Below, one piece after another: positions 26,776 through 36,565 of a DNA stretch of 64,000 nt (position 1 is the first letter of the stretch; each line of letters opens with the position of its first letter). The translations under genes were made by a program, and so were the position numbers. The stretch lies in assembly GCA_902489925.1 (NCBI GenBank), contig CABUBX010000001.1, positions 22,364-86,363 on the forward strand. Direction: 5' to 3'. A model generated the notes under the pieces. That model was not told the DNA's origin. It did not search any database and was given only the letters and a program-made list of their open reading frames with translations. The stretch comes from an uncultured Lachnospiraceae bacterium. Lineage in GTDB: Bacteria > Bacillota > Clostridia > Lachnospirales > Lachnospiraceae.

Positions 26776-28962
26776 ATGGGTATTGCATTTGAACAGGAAA
26801 AACGTATTTTTACATTAAATACGAAGACAACAACATACCAGTTTCAGATTGATGAATATGGTTTTTTGCTGCATCTTTATTATGGAAAAACAGCTTATGG
26901 AGATATGGATTATCTGCTGACTTATTATGACAGGGGCTTTTCTGCAAATCCGTATGATTCGGGGTTAAATCGAAAATATTCGATGGACGCTCTGCCTCAG
27001 GAGTTTCCGTTTCGGGGAACCGGGGATTTTAGAAGCAGTGCGCTTGTTTTAAAGAATGGTGACGGTACCTGCAGCAGTGATTTCCGCTATAAAAGCTATG
27101 AGATAAAAAAGGGCAAGTACAGCCTTTTGGGACTTCCGGCCGTGCATGCTTTAGATGAACAGGCAGAGACATTGGAAATTGTTTTGGAGGACAGCTTAAC
27201 GAAGGTTCAGGCCGTGCTTTTGTATGGTGTGCTTTACGAAGACGACATTATTACAAGAAGTGTTCGTATTATTAATCAGGGCAGTGATGATATTTGCATC
27301 GAAAAGGCAGCTTCGGCATGCTTGGATTTTATGTATGGTGATTATGATTTAATCAGCTTTTATGGACGTCATGCGATGGAACGCAATTTCCAGCGGACAC
27401 CTGTAGGACATGGACGTCATGTTTTAGGAAGTCTCAGGGGAACATCCAGTCATCAATATAATCCGTCCTTTATACTTGCAGAGAAAAATACATCGGAGGA
27501 ATATGGCAGCTGCTACGGAATGGTTTTTGTATACAGTGGAAATTTTGAAGCTGAAATCGAAAAAGACCAGTATAATCAGACGCGTGCGATGATGGGACTT
27601 GCGTCGGAATTGTTTTCCTACCCTCTGAAAAAGGGGGAAAGCTTTACGGTGCCGGAGACAATAATGACTTATTCTTCAGAAGGACTTTCAAAGTTGTCTC
27701 AAAATTTTCATCGCTGTATTAGAAAGCATGTGTGTCGGGGACAGTATGCGGACGCGCCAAGACCGGTGCTTGTGAATAGCTGGGAAGCCAATTATTTTGA
27801 TTTTACAGGCGAAAGTATTGTGGCTTTGGCGAATCAGGCGGCAAAGATTGGTATAGATATGCTTGTGCTTGATGATGGCTGGTTTGGGCAGAGAAATGAT
27901 GATAATACAAGTCTCGGTGATTGGACAGTCAATGAGGATAAGCTTGGCTGTACGATGGCGGAATTAATTGCAAAGGTAAATCAGGCAGGTGTGAAATTCG
28001 GATTGTGGATTGAGCCGGAGATGGTCTCAGAGACAAGCGTTCTTTATCAAGAACATCCTGACTGGGCACTTTATATACCGAACCGAAAACCGGTGCGTGG
28101 AAGAAATCAGCTTGTTTTGGATTTTTCAAGGAAAGAGGTCCGGGATTATATTTTCGAACAGATATGCCGTGTGCTTGATGAGGGAAATATTGAATATATC
28201 AAATGGGATATGAACAGAAGTCTGACGGATATCTATTCCTCCGAAGCTGAAAATCAGGGGACAGTGCATTATAATTTTGTGCTCGGCGTGTATGAATTTT
28301 TGGAAAAGCTTATGAATAAGTATCCAAATATTCTTATTGAAGGATGTTCGGGCGGCGGCGGACGTTTTGATGCCGGAATGCTTTACTACACACCGCAGAT
28401 ATGGTGCAGTGATAATACAGATGCGATAGACCGTCTGGAAATACAGTACGGAACATCGTTTGTTTATCCGTCCTGCTGTGTCGGTTCACACGTATCCGCA
28501 GTGCCAAATCATCAGACAGGGCGGATGACTGCATTAAATACACGGGCTGTGACAGCGATGGCGGGAGTTTTTGGCTATGAGCTGAATCTTGGTATTTTAT
28601 CGTCAGAAGAAAAGGAAGAAATCAGACAGCAGGTTAAAACATATAAGACTTATGAGGCATTGATTCAAAAGGGTGATTATTTCCGTCTTTCATCACCGCA
28701 GTCTGACGAAGTTGGCGCATGGGCTTTTGTCAGCGAGAATCAAAAAGAGGTGTTAGTCAGCGCCGTGATGCTGAAAATCCATGGAAACATGACAGTCAAC
28801 TATATAAAGCTTCGCGGCTTAATCCCTCAGGCATTGTATGAAGATGTGCATACAAAGAAAATTTACAGCGGTGCGGCGCTGATGTATGGCGGACTTCCTT
28901 TGGAAATTGAAAATACAGCTTATCCGGCATACCAGATGTACTTAAAAGCAATTGAGCAATAA
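26776..28962 (+). CDS. alpha-galactosidase, GH36
   Basis: KWDMNR and CSGGGGRFD catalytic-region motifs and a length of about 730 aa. The likely start is ATG 26776 (MGIAFEQEKRIF). The track start 26701 overlaps the permease gene. Confidence 0.85.
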   Translation: MGIAFEQEKRIFTLNTKTTTYQFQIDEYGFLLHLYYGKTAYGDMDYLLTYYDRGFSANPYDSGLNRKYSMDALPQEFPFRGTGDFRSSALVLKNGDGTCSSDFRYKSYEIKKGKYSLLGLPAVHALDEQAETLEIVLEDSLTKVQAVLLYGVLYEDDIITRSVRIINQGSDDICIEKAASACLDFMYGDYDLISFYGRHAMERNFQRTPVGHGRHVLGSLRGTSSHQYNPSFILAEKNTSEEYGSCYGMVFVYSGNFEAEIEKDQYNQTRAMMGLASELFSYPLKKGESFTVPETIMTYSSEGLSKLSQNFHRCIRKHVCRGQYADAPRPVLVNSWEANYFDFTGESIVALANQAAKIGIDMLVLDDGWFGQRNDDNTSLGDWTVNEDKLGCTMAELIAKVNQAGVKFGLWIEPEMVSETSVLYQEHPDWALYIPNRKPVRGRNQLVLDFSRKEVRDYIFEQICRVLDEGNIEYIKWDMNRSLTDIYSSEAENQGTVHYNFVLGVYEFLEKLMNKYPNILIEGCSGGGGRFDAGMLYYTPQIWCSDNTDAIDRLEIQYGTSFVYPSCCVGSHVSAVPNHQTGRMTALNTRAVTAMAGVFGYELNLGILSSEEKEEIRQQVKTYKTYEALIQKGDYFRLSSPQSDEVGAWAFVSENQKEVLVSAVMLKIHGNMTVNYIKLRGLIPQALYEDVHTKKIYSGAALMYGGLPLEIENTAYPAYQMYLKAIEQ

Positions 28963-28986
28963 AATAATAGGGCAATAAATATATAT

Positions 28987-29029
28987 GGAGAGAATCTTGA
29001 TTAAAAAACAGGATTCTCTCTATTTTTTT
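28987..29029 (+). terminator. terminator of the alpha-galactosidase operon
   Basis: GGAGAGAATC-N15-GATTCTCTC stem followed by TATTTTTTT. Confidence 0.75.
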
Positions 29030-29094
29030 CTTATTTTAATAAAAATGGTACCCATGCTTATTCCGGATGTCTATGGGGATATAGCGGCTATACG

Positions 29095-29466
29095 GTGCGA
29101 AGTGTTTATTTTGACAGTATTGCAAATGATGATTATGCTCTATTGGAAACGGTTGGAATACAACCAGACCACAAGTTGATTTTGGTCAGTATCGCGGCAG
29201 CGCTGATTTTGGCACTGGTGATGCTTATAGCCTATAAACTGGCCAACCGCCCTGAAACATATCAGCCGAAATTTGCGGCAACACTTGTTGTACTTGCGCT
29301 TGTTTCAGTGATTTTGATGGATTTAATCCAGTCTAATATTGCACTGTCACTGGGGATGCTCGGCTTGCTTTCAATTGTGCGATTTAGAACAAATATCCGC
29401 GACCCAAGAGATATCGGCTTTATATTTTGGGCGATGGCCATTGGGATTGCGGCATTGACAGTGTGA
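29095..29466 (+). pseudogene. DUF4956-domain protein, apparently C-terminally truncated
   Basis: The SLGMLGLLSIVRFRTNIRDPRDIGFIFWAMAIGIA core of DUF4956 is present. The ORF stops about 100 aa short of typical family length, uses a GTG start and has no clear RBS. Confidence 0.4.
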
Positions 29467-29557
29467 ATCTTCTTGCACAAAATGTTCAATGCGTCATGGA
29501 CAAAACAGTGATATAATGAGCTATAATGTATTCAGTAAAGAAAAATGGGGTGGTTAA

Positions 29558-29812
29558 ATGATTCCCGGAGAAAAAATTACAATGGATAATCTGAATCATC
29601 TGATTGAACATCATATGGCATTTCTTATACGGACGGTCAGTAATTTTACAGGACGTTATGTATCGGTGGAAAACGATGATGAATTTAGCCGTGAGGCAAA
29701 GAATAAACAACAAAGTCTCGGCATATATTTGTCAGAAAGACTTGAAGCAGAAGATGAGCGATTGGAACAGGATGAGGATAAAGATGACGATGCCGACGAA
29801 TTGGAGGTATGA
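29558..29812 (+). CDS. small acidic protein whose N-terminus resembles the start of SigI-type sigma factors
   Basis: The HLIEHHMAFLIRTVSNFTGRYVSVENDDEFS segment resembles SigI-like region 2. The rest is a D/E-rich tail. TGaTATAAT lies upstream at about 29507. The stop overlaps the next gene. Confidence 0.4.
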   Translation: MIPGEKITMDNLNHLIEHHMAFLIRTVSNFTGRYVSVENDDEFSREAKNKQQSLGIYLSERLEAEDERLEQDEDKDDDADELEV

Positions 29813-29814
29813 CA

Positions 29815-30210
29815 ATGAAGAAAAAAGTATTTGTATTTGCAGGTGTTTTATGTATGACAGCGATGTTTATGGTCGGCTGCGGAAGCCAGACTCCGGCAGC
29901 AAACCAAGAGGCATCCGAGCCAAATGCGCAGACACAAAGCAGTAGCGCCCAAAGTGAAACAGTACCGGAAAGCGCTGCACCTCAGACGGTACAGAGTACG
30001 TCAGAAAATGCAGAAGTCGCGGCAAAGGCAGCCGCATTAAAGGATGCGGGGATTGACGAAAAGGATGTGCTTGCGATTTCTATTCATAAGGAATATGATG
30101 ACGGACGGATGCTTTATGAGGGCGAGATTATTTACGGAAATACCGACTATGATTTTGAAATAGATGCCCAAACAGGCGATATCCTTGAATGGAGTGAGGG
30201 AAAACTGTAA
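29815..30210 (+). CDS. PepSY-domain lipoprotein
   Basis: Lipobox MVGCGS, a low-complexity linker, and a C-terminal PepSY-like module (DAGIDEKDV...YDFEIDAQTGDILEW). GGAGG RBS. An alternative start at ATG 29809 overlaps the upstream stop. Confidence 0.7.
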   Translation: MKKKVFVFAGVLCMTAMFMVGCGSQTPAANQEASEPNAQTQSSSAQSETVPESAAPQTVQSTSENAEVAAKAAALKDAGIDEKDVLAISIHKEYDDGRMLYEGEIIYGNTDYDFEIDAQTGDILEWSEGKL

Positions 30211-30286
30211 AGAAAGAAGCTCTGTGACACATATTTTTAACTGTTTTTTCACATACTAAAGCATCAAAAGATGCGGGGTGACAAAG

Positions 30287-31336
30287 ATGACAGTGCAGGG
30301 AAAGAAAAAATTAATATGGCTGTTTAAGACAGCGCTTGTGACAGCGGGAGTGTATATTTTTTTAAAATATATGCTCTCGATTGTTATGCCTTTTGTGATT
30401 GCTTACGCTCTGTGCCGGTTACTGGAACCCGCAGTGCTTTTTTTATATAAAAAATTTAAAGTGCCTATCGGCATCAGCGGAACGGTGCTTGTCACAGCCG
30501 TATTTTCAGGTCTTGTTTTGGCAGCGGGTATTTTGGGGCGATATTTGCTTGAACAATTAAAAATTATTATTCAAAATGCAGACAGTATGATTTTAAAGTT
30601 GTGGGAAATCATCGGAAGTATATGTGACCGTATAAGTCTGTTTTTTGGATGTTCGTCCGAGCGGTTGTTTGAAGGACTGAAGCTGATGGGCGAAAATGGG
30701 ATGAAGCTGGCTTCGGAAAATGCTTATATGATTTTAAAAAACTATGGATATCCTGCGGTTTGCGGCTTTTTATCAATTTTTGTGATTTCGGCAATTTCGG
30801 CGGTGGCGGCGGCACTGCTTATTAAAAATAAAAGGCAGATTGACGGGGACATAAGACAGAGTGAATTTTTCTTTGAGGTATCAGAGATTGCGGCGCGCGT
30901 TTGCGATACTGTCGGCTGTTTTTTTAAGGCACAGGCAATCATTATTGCGATTGTTGCACTGATATGCGCTGCAGGCTTAAAAATTGCAGGGACAGAATAT
31001 GCGGTGTTGATTGGTGTAGGAATTGCATTTTTAGATGCGCTGCCTGTTATTGGCAGCGGAACAATTCTCGTGCCGTGGCTGGTGATTGACTTTTTTATAG
31101 GGAACTACAGACATGGTGTGATACTGGCCGTGATTTATGGACTTTGTACGGTTGTCAGAGAAGTGCTTGAGGCAAAGCTTATGGGCAGCCGACTTGGCAT
31201 TAACGAATTTTATATGATGGCAGTGACATTTATCGGAATGAAGCTTTTTGGAATTTCGGGAATTATTCTCGGACCTGTAGGACTTATTTTGATACTGGAA
31301 TTATTATCTCAGTTGAAGAAACGCTATCGTCTGTAA
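30287..31336 (+). CDS. AI-2E family transporter / sporulation integral membrane protein YtvI-like
   Basis: Polytopic protein of about 350 aa with the AI-2E (PerM) pattern FLDALPVIGSG. The start is uncertain (GTG 30278 or ATG 30287). Confidence 0.7.
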   Translation: MTVQGKKKLIWLFKTALVTAGVYIFLKYMLSIVMPFVIAYALCRLLEPAVLFLYKKFKVPIGISGTVLVTAVFSGLVLAAGILGRYLLEQLKIIIQNADSMILKLWEIIGSICDRISLFFGCSSERLFEGLKLMGENGMKLASENAYMILKNYGYPAVCGFLSIFVISAISAVAAALLIKNKRQIDGDIRQSEFFFEVSEIAARVCDTVGCFFKAQAIIIAIVALICAAGLKIAGTEYAVLIGVGIAFLDALPVIGSGTILVPWLVIDFFIGNYRHGVILAVIYGLCTVVREVLEAKLMGSRLGINEFYMMAVTFIGMKLFGISGIILGPVGLILILELLSQLKKRYRL

Positions 31337-31361
31337 AAAACGGCAATGACCTATGATTTGA

Positions 31362-31390
31362 TTGACAATAATTAATGTCTTGATTATAAT
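31362..31390 (+). promoter_or_regulatory. consensus sigma-A promoter of modABC
   Basis: Perfect TTGACA, 17 nt, TATAAT. Confidence 0.7.
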
Positions 31391-31444
31391 TTAATCATCT
31401 TGTGGAAAAACTTTCATAATGCAAAAAATTTTGGAGGCGAGCAT

Positions 31445-32308
31445 ATGAAGAAGGGTAAGTTTTTTAAGTTTTTGGGAATAGCGGCTTTGGGCTCTCTTTT
31501 GCTCACGGGATGCGGCGGAGAAAAAAATACGCAGAGTAATGCAGATGAGCCTGAAGAAGCGGCCGAACTGAATGTTTTTATTGCAGCAAGCCTTTCAGAT
31601 GTGATGGGTGAAATTGCAAATGTCTATAATGAGACACATCCGAATGTCAAGATTAATTTTAATGCAGACAGCTCAGGTACGCTGATGACGCAGATTCAGG
31701 AAGGCTTTGAATGTGATATTTTCTTTTCAGCGGCACAAAAACAGATGGATACGCTCGAAAAAGACGGTCTGATTGTCGGGGATACACGTAAAAATGTTGT
31801 AAATAATCAGGTGTGTGTCGTGACCTATAAAGGCAGCGGCTCTAAGGTCACAGGTCTTTCAAATATCGGTGACGCCAAAAGTATCGCGCTTGCAGACGGA
31901 AGTGTGCCTGTGGGAAAATATACACGTCAGGCTATGGTTGCAAGCAAGCTGCTCTCTGAAGCAGAAGATGTATCTAAGATTACAACACAGGAAATTTCAG
32001 ATGCACTCGGCGGTGTGGAAATCAGCGAGCAGGGTAATGTAAGTAAAGTACGGACAGCCGTCATTGAAGGCTCATGTGAGGTTGGCACAGTATATTATTC
32101 AGATACATATGGTTTTGAAAGTGATTTGGAGATTATTGAAAAAGTCAGCTATGAATTAACCGGCGATGTCATTTATCCGGTGTGCCGTATTAAAAATGAT
32201 AAGGCTGACGAGGCAAAGAATCAAGCGGCCGATGCGTTTTACGAGTTTATTATTTCTGATGAAGCAAAGGCTATTTTTGACAAATACTTATTTGATACAA
32301 ATGTATAA
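31445..32308 (+). CDS. modA: molybdate ABC transporter substrate-binding lipoprotein
   Basis: Lipobox LTGCGG. ModA-like (VFIAASL...SSGTL). GGAGG RBS precedes ATG 31445. Confidence 0.85.
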   Translation: MKKGKFFKFLGIAALGSLLLTGCGGEKNTQSNADEPEEAAELNVFIAASLSDVMGEIANVYNETHPNVKINFNADSSGTLMTQIQEGFECDIFFSAAQKQMDTLEKDGLIVGDTRKNVVNNQVCVVTYKGSGSKVTGLSNIGDAKSIALADGSVPVGKYTRQAMVASKLLSEAEDVSKITTQEISDALGGVEISEQGNVSKVRTAVIEGSCEVGTVYYSDTYGFESDLEIIEKVSYELTGDVIYPVCRIKNDKADEAKNQAADAFYEFIISDEAKAIFDKYLFDTNV

Positions 32309-33015
32309 TGGGGGCTTTTATGGATTTTTCTGAGTGGCTGCGGACACTGGATTGGAGTCCGCTGTTTATTTCAATAAAGACGGGGATTATCGCCGTCTTT
32401 ATTTCCTTTTTTTTAGGAATATTTGCCGCGTGGAAGGTTGTTCATACTAAGAGCAGCTTTCGGGCTGTGCTCGACGGCATTTTAACCTTGCCGATGGTTC
32501 TTCCGCCGACAGCCTCCGGTTTCTTTTTGCTGATGCTCTTTAGCCGGCGCCGCCTTGTCGGAGAATTTCTTGACACAACCTTTGATGTTCGCGTTGTCCA
32601 AAGCTTTGCCGGCTGTGTGATTGCCGCAGTTGTCATTGCTTTTCCGTTAATGTATCGAAATGCCCGCGCGGCTTTTGAGCAGACGGATAAGAATCTTGTC
32701 TATGCGGGGCGCACACTCGGAATGAAGGAATGGGAAATCTTTTGGAAGGTTGTCATACCTGCGGCAAAGCCGGGACTTTTATCGGGCACGGTGCTGACAT
32801 TTACGAGAGCGCTCGGCGAATATGGGGCAACGTCCATGCTTGCGGGGAATATTCCGGGAAAGACCGGAACGATTTCCCAAAAAATTGCGATGGTTATTCA
32901 GGATGGCGACTATATGACGGCGGGCTTTTGGACGATGGTTGTTGTTATCATCGCATTTCTGATTATTTTTTTGATGAATATATTATCGGGCAGCAGGCAT
33001 CACGGCTTTAGATAG
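32308..33015 (+). CDS. modB: molybdate ABC transporter permease
   Basis: CysT/ModB-type permease with the EAA-loop region (YAGRTLGMKEWEIFWKVVIPAAKPG). Confidence 0.85.
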   Translation: MGAFMDFSEWLRTLDWSPLFISIKTGIIAVFISFFLGIFAAWKVVHTKSSFRAVLDGILTLPMVLPPTASGFFLLMLFSRRRLVGEFLDTTFDVRVVQSFAGCVIAAVVIAFPLMYRNARAAFEQTDKNLVYAGRTLGMKEWEIFWKVVIPAAKPGLLSGTVLTFTRALGEYGATSMLAGNIPGKTGTISQKIAMVIQDGDYMTAGFWTMVVVIIAFLIIFLMNILSGSRHHGFR

Positions 33016-33025
33016 GGTGTGTAGA

Positions 33026-34093
33026 ATGAGTATTAAGATAAAGATAAAAAAGACGTTTAAGGATTTTGTGCTGGATGTTGATTTTTCAACAGATGCAAAG
33101 CAGCTTGGGATTTTGGGGGCATCGGGCTGCGGAAAGAGCATGACATTAAAGTGCATTGCCGGTATTGAAATGCCGGATGAGGGGCAGATTATTGTTGATG
33201 GACGTGTGTTGTTTGACTCGGCAGCGAAAATTAATCTGCCGCCTCAGGAAAGGCAAATCGGTTATCTTTTTCAAAATTATGCGCTTTTTCCGACAATGAC
33301 TGTACTTCAAAATGTGGCGGCGGGAATCCGTGAAAAAAAGGAAGTTCGAAAAATGTTAGCCCGTAAGGTGCTTGAACGCATGGGGCTGTCCGGTTTTGAA
33401 GGGCGGTATCCGGATGAATTATCCGGAGGGCAGCAGCAGCGCGTGGCGTTGGCGCGTATGTTGGCTGCAAAACCGCAGATGATTTTGCTGGATGAACCGT
33501 TTTCGGCGCTGGATGCTTATTTGAAGGATGCACTGCTTAGGGAAATGAAAACGATAACGGATAATTTTGAAGGTCATGTCATTATGGTTTCCCACAGCCG
33601 TGATGAGCTCTATCGGCTGTGCAGGCATATGGCGGTGATGGATTGCGGACATGTGCTGCATATTGACGGGACAAAGGCTTTATTTAATAATCCTGTTTAT
33701 GTTCAGGCCGCAAGGCTTACAGGATGTAAAAACATATCTGAAATTGAGCGGCTTGGTCCATATGAAATTTATGCAAAGGCATGGGGACTTACATTCAAGA
33801 CAGCCATACCTGTGACGGAGGATATTGCGTATGTCGGCATACGGGCGCATCATTTTAAGGCAGAGTGTAACGGTGTGTATGAAGCTAATGCATTTTTGGC
33901 GGTGCTTGAAGCTGCTGATGAATCTCCCTTTGAATTTCATTATTTTATGAAGAATATCGCGGCGCCGGAAAAAGAAGCTGTCTGGTGGAAGATACCGAAG
34001 CTTTCTGCGGATGAGGCATCGGAAGGAAAGTTTCAGGTATATTTATCTGTAAAGCCGGAGGATTTGATGTTATTGAAAAAAACGTTTGTGTGA
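33026..34093 (+). CDS. modC: molybdate/sulfate-type ABC transporter ATP-binding protein
   Basis: Walker A GASGCGKS, signature LSGGQQQR, Walker B ILLDEPFS, and a C-terminal regulatory extension. Confidence 0.75.
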   Translation: MSIKIKIKKTFKDFVLDVDFSTDAKQLGILGASGCGKSMTLKCIAGIEMPDEGQIIVDGRVLFDSAAKINLPPQERQIGYLFQNYALFPTMTVLQNVAAGIREKKEVRKMLARKVLERMGLSGFEGRYPDELSGGQQQRVALARMLAAKPQMILLDEPFSALDAYLKDALLREMKTITDNFEGHVIMVSHSRDELYRLCRHMAVMDCGHVLHIDGTKALFNNPVYVQAARLTGCKNISEIERLGPYEIYAKAWGLTFKTAIPVTEDIAYVGIRAHHFKAECNGVYEANAFLAVLEAADESPFEFHYFMKNIAAPEKEAVWWKIPKLSADEASEGKFQVYLSVKPEDLMLLKKTFV

Positions 34094-34185
34094 CAAAGTC
34101 ACAGAATAATTAAAAATATTGGGTATAATAAGAGCATAAAGAAAAACAAAAATAAAGAAGATTTTAAATCTCAGGAGGTATAAAT

Positions 34186-34494
34186 ATGAGCGTTGTAAAA
34201 TTAACATCAGCAAATTTTGAACAGGAAGTTTTAAAAGCAGATAAGAAGGTTTTAATTGATTTTTATGCAGACTGGTGCGGTCCATGCCGCATGCTTTCAC
34301 CGGTTGTTGATGAGTTGGCAGAGGAGATGCCGGAGATTAAAGTATGTAAAGTCAATGTGGATGACGAGCCTGAATTGGCAATGCGCTACAGGGCAATGAC
34401 AATTCCGATGCTTGTTGTTGTTGAGAACGGTCAGGTTGTCACAACATCTGTAGGCGCAAAGCCAAAGGCAGCTGTAAAGAAGCTGTTAGGCTGA
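34186..34494 (+). CDS. trxA: thioredoxin
   Basis: 102 aa with the WCGPC active site. AGGAGG RBS. Confidence 0.95.
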   Translation: MSVVKLTSANFEQEVLKADKKVLIDFYADWCGPCRMLSPVVDELAEEMPEIKVCKVNVDDEPELAMRYRAMTIPMLVVVENGQVVTTSVGAKPKAAVKKLLG

Positions 34495-34505
34495 TAATGA
34501 GTTGT

Positions 34506-35180
34506 TTATAAAAGGGCGGTGAGACTTTCCTTATCATCAATACGGATACCGCCCCGTGACAATGTCACATAGCCTTCGTTGGTGAAGTATTTTAACATTC
34601 TCGAGACGACTTCACGGGCAGAACCCATATATTTGGCAATCTGTTCGTGAGTCATCTTCAGAGAGTCGGAGTGATTTTTAGCTGTCTCGTCTAAAAGAAA
34701 TGCGGCGAGACGCTTATCAAAGCTTGTAAAGAGAATATCCTGCATTGTCCACATGACATCAGAAAAACGTTCTGCGGCAAGCTTATAAATAAAACATTCC
34801 ACATATATATTATCAGAGGAAAGCAGGGAAAGCGCCGATGAGGCCAATTGGATGACCCGGCAATCTGATTCGGCTTCAATGCATACATCAAAGGTGATGG
34901 ATTTTAAGATGCAGGAAGCCGACATGACGCATATATCCCCTTTGGACAGACGGTAAAGTGTGACTTCTTTGCCTTCCTCTGATAAGATATAAACACGGAT
35001 GGTGCCGGACTGGATAAGAAGAAGTCCGATGCACTCGAAGGTACTGCTTAATATGGATTCCCCTCTTTGATATTCATGTTGTGTCGTATAATTTAAAAGC
35101 AGATTCCGTTCACGTTCGGAGAGCTTGCCCCAAAAGGGCAGGCTTTCTGTGATAAAATCAGACAAATCTTTAGATAACAT
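34506..35180 (-). CDS. Crp/Fnr family transcriptional regulator
   Basis: cNMP-binding-like beta-roll followed by a C-terminal HTH (THEQIAKYMGSAREVVSRMLK). GGGAGGAA RBS precedes ATG 35180. Confidence 0.8.
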   Translation of the reverse strand: MLSKDLSDFITESLPFWGKLSERERNLLLNYTTQHEYQRGESILSSTFECIGLLLIQSGTIRVYILSEEGKEVTLYRLSKGDICVMSASCILKSITFDVCIEAESDCRVIQLASSALSLLSSDNIYVECFIYKLAAERFSDVMWTMQDILFTSFDKRLAAFLLDETAKNHSDSLKMTHEQIAKYMGSAREVVSRMLKYFTNEGYVTLSRGGIRIDDKESLTALL

Positions 35181-35217
35181 ATAAATTCCTCCCAACATAT
35201 CGGTCGGATGGCGACCG

Positions 35218-35245
35218 TCGGTATACTTATATACTATCATACCGA
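35218..35245. promoter_or_regulatory. inverted repeat, candidate operator between the crp/fnr-like gene and trxB
   Basis: TCGGTAT-N14-ATACCGA. The spacer contains TATACT. Confidence 0.35.
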
Positions 35246-35283
35246 ATATTTGGGAGATTATCAAGCAAATGGAGGTTGATTCG

Positions 35284-36189
35284 ATGATTTATGATATGAT
35301 TATTGTTGGTGCGGGCACAGCCGGTTTATCGGCGGCAATTTACGGTGCAAGAGCAGGAAAAAAGGTGCTTGTTCTTGAAGCCAATACTTACGGCGGACAG
35401 ATTGTCCGTTCACCGGAGGTTGAAAATTATCCGGGCATTGCTCACATTTCAGGTTATGAATTTGCCCAGAATCTTTATGAACAGGCTGTTAATTTAGGCG
35501 CTGAGGTTGAGTTTGAAAATGTTGTGGAAATCCGCGCAGATGGCCGTGAAAAATATGTTGTCACAGAAGATAACGAATATACAGCGCTTTCTGTTATTTT
35601 GGCGACAGGTGCCATTAACCGTCCGCTTGGTGTTGAGGGCGAGGATGATTTTGTCGGTGCGGGCATTTCCTACTGTGCAACATGCGACGGTGCGTTTTTC
35701 AAGGGCAAGGATGTTGCGGTTGTCGGCGGCGGCAGCACAGCGCTTGAGGATGCTTTGTTTTTATCAGCCTATTGCAGAAAGGTTTATTTGATTCACCGCA
35801 GAGATGCTTTTCGCGGCGAACAGAAATATGTTGATAACTTAAAGACGAAGGACAATATTGAATTTGTTTTAAACAGTCAGGTGACAGCCCTTCATGGTGA
35901 CAGTTTCCTTGAGGCGGTGGAGGTCAAAGATAAGGTCAGCGGCGAGACAAGGACAATTCCGGTATCCGGACTTTTCGTGGCCATTGGACAGATGCCTCAA
36001 AATGATTCCTTTGCCAATTTAATTCAGCTTGATAAGAGCGGCTATATTGCGGCGGGAGAAGATTGCCGCACAAATGTTGAGGGTATATTTACAGCAGGTG
36101 ACTGCCGGACAAAAACAGTGCGTCAGCTGACAACGGCAGCTTCTGACGGTGCGACTGCGGCGCTGGCGGCCTGTGAATATTTGGGATAA
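35284..36189 (+). CDS. trxB: thioredoxin-disulfide reductase
   Basis: GAGTAG FAD motif, CATCDG redox-active disulfide, and GGGSTA NADPH motif. Confidence 0.95.
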   Translation: MIYDMIIVGAGTAGLSAAIYGARAGKKVLVLEANTYGGQIVRSPEVENYPGIAHISGYEFAQNLYEQAVNLGAEVEFENVVEIRADGREKYVVTEDNEYTALSVILATGAINRPLGVEGEDDFVGAGISYCATCDGAFFKGKDVAVVGGGSTALEDALFLSAYCRKVYLIHRRDAFRGEQKYVDNLKTKDNIEFVLNSQVTALHGDSFLEAVEVKDKVSGETRTIPVSGLFVAIGQMPQNDSFANLIQLDKSGYIAAGEDCRTNVEGIFTAGDCRTKTVRQLTTAASDGATAALAACEYLG

Positions 36190-36213
36190 AATAAAAACCG
36201 TCTGTAAGAGTGC

Positions 36214-36242
36214 TTGACAAATTTTTGCGGATATCCTATATT
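36214..36242 (+). promoter_or_regulatory. promoter of the proS T-box leader
   Basis: TTGACA, 17 nt, TATATT. Confidence 0.65.
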
Positions 36243-36249
36243 TATAGAC

Positions 36250-36475
36250 AGAAGTGACGTTGAACAGGATTAGTACAGAGTGAAAGATGCTACAGAGAAG
36301 AAACGGCGGCTGAGAGTTTCTGCCTCGGAAGCTTTGGAACCTACCTCGGAGTTCCGTATGAAAATACGGCGTATGCCGGCGTTAACGGTATTTGAGAGAG
36401 CTGTCAAAAGACAGCTAATAAGGGTGGTACCGCCGAAAGAAAGTATATGATAAGCCTTTTGGTCCCTTTGTTTTG
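36250..36475 (+). promoter_or_regulatory. T-box leader, proline specifier (CCU)
   Basis: AGUA and AGAGA Stem-I elements. Specifier context GAA-CCU-A at 36340-36342. T-box sequence AAUAAGGGUGGUACCGCCG at 36417-36435. Terminator stem ends in UUUGUUUU. Confidence 0.9.
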
Positions 36476-36565
36476 CAAATGCAGGCAGGGTCAGAAGGCT
36501 TTTTTTGTTGCAGAAGCCTGCACGCAGCAAAATTTGTACTAAATTTTCGTGAGAGGAGAAAAATA

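Noticed and set aside
31337-31444. Molybdenum-cofactor (Moco) riboswitch upstream of modA
   Set aside because: The consensus promoter leaves a leader of only about 48 nt, too short for the ~130-nt Moco motif, and no conserved core was seen.
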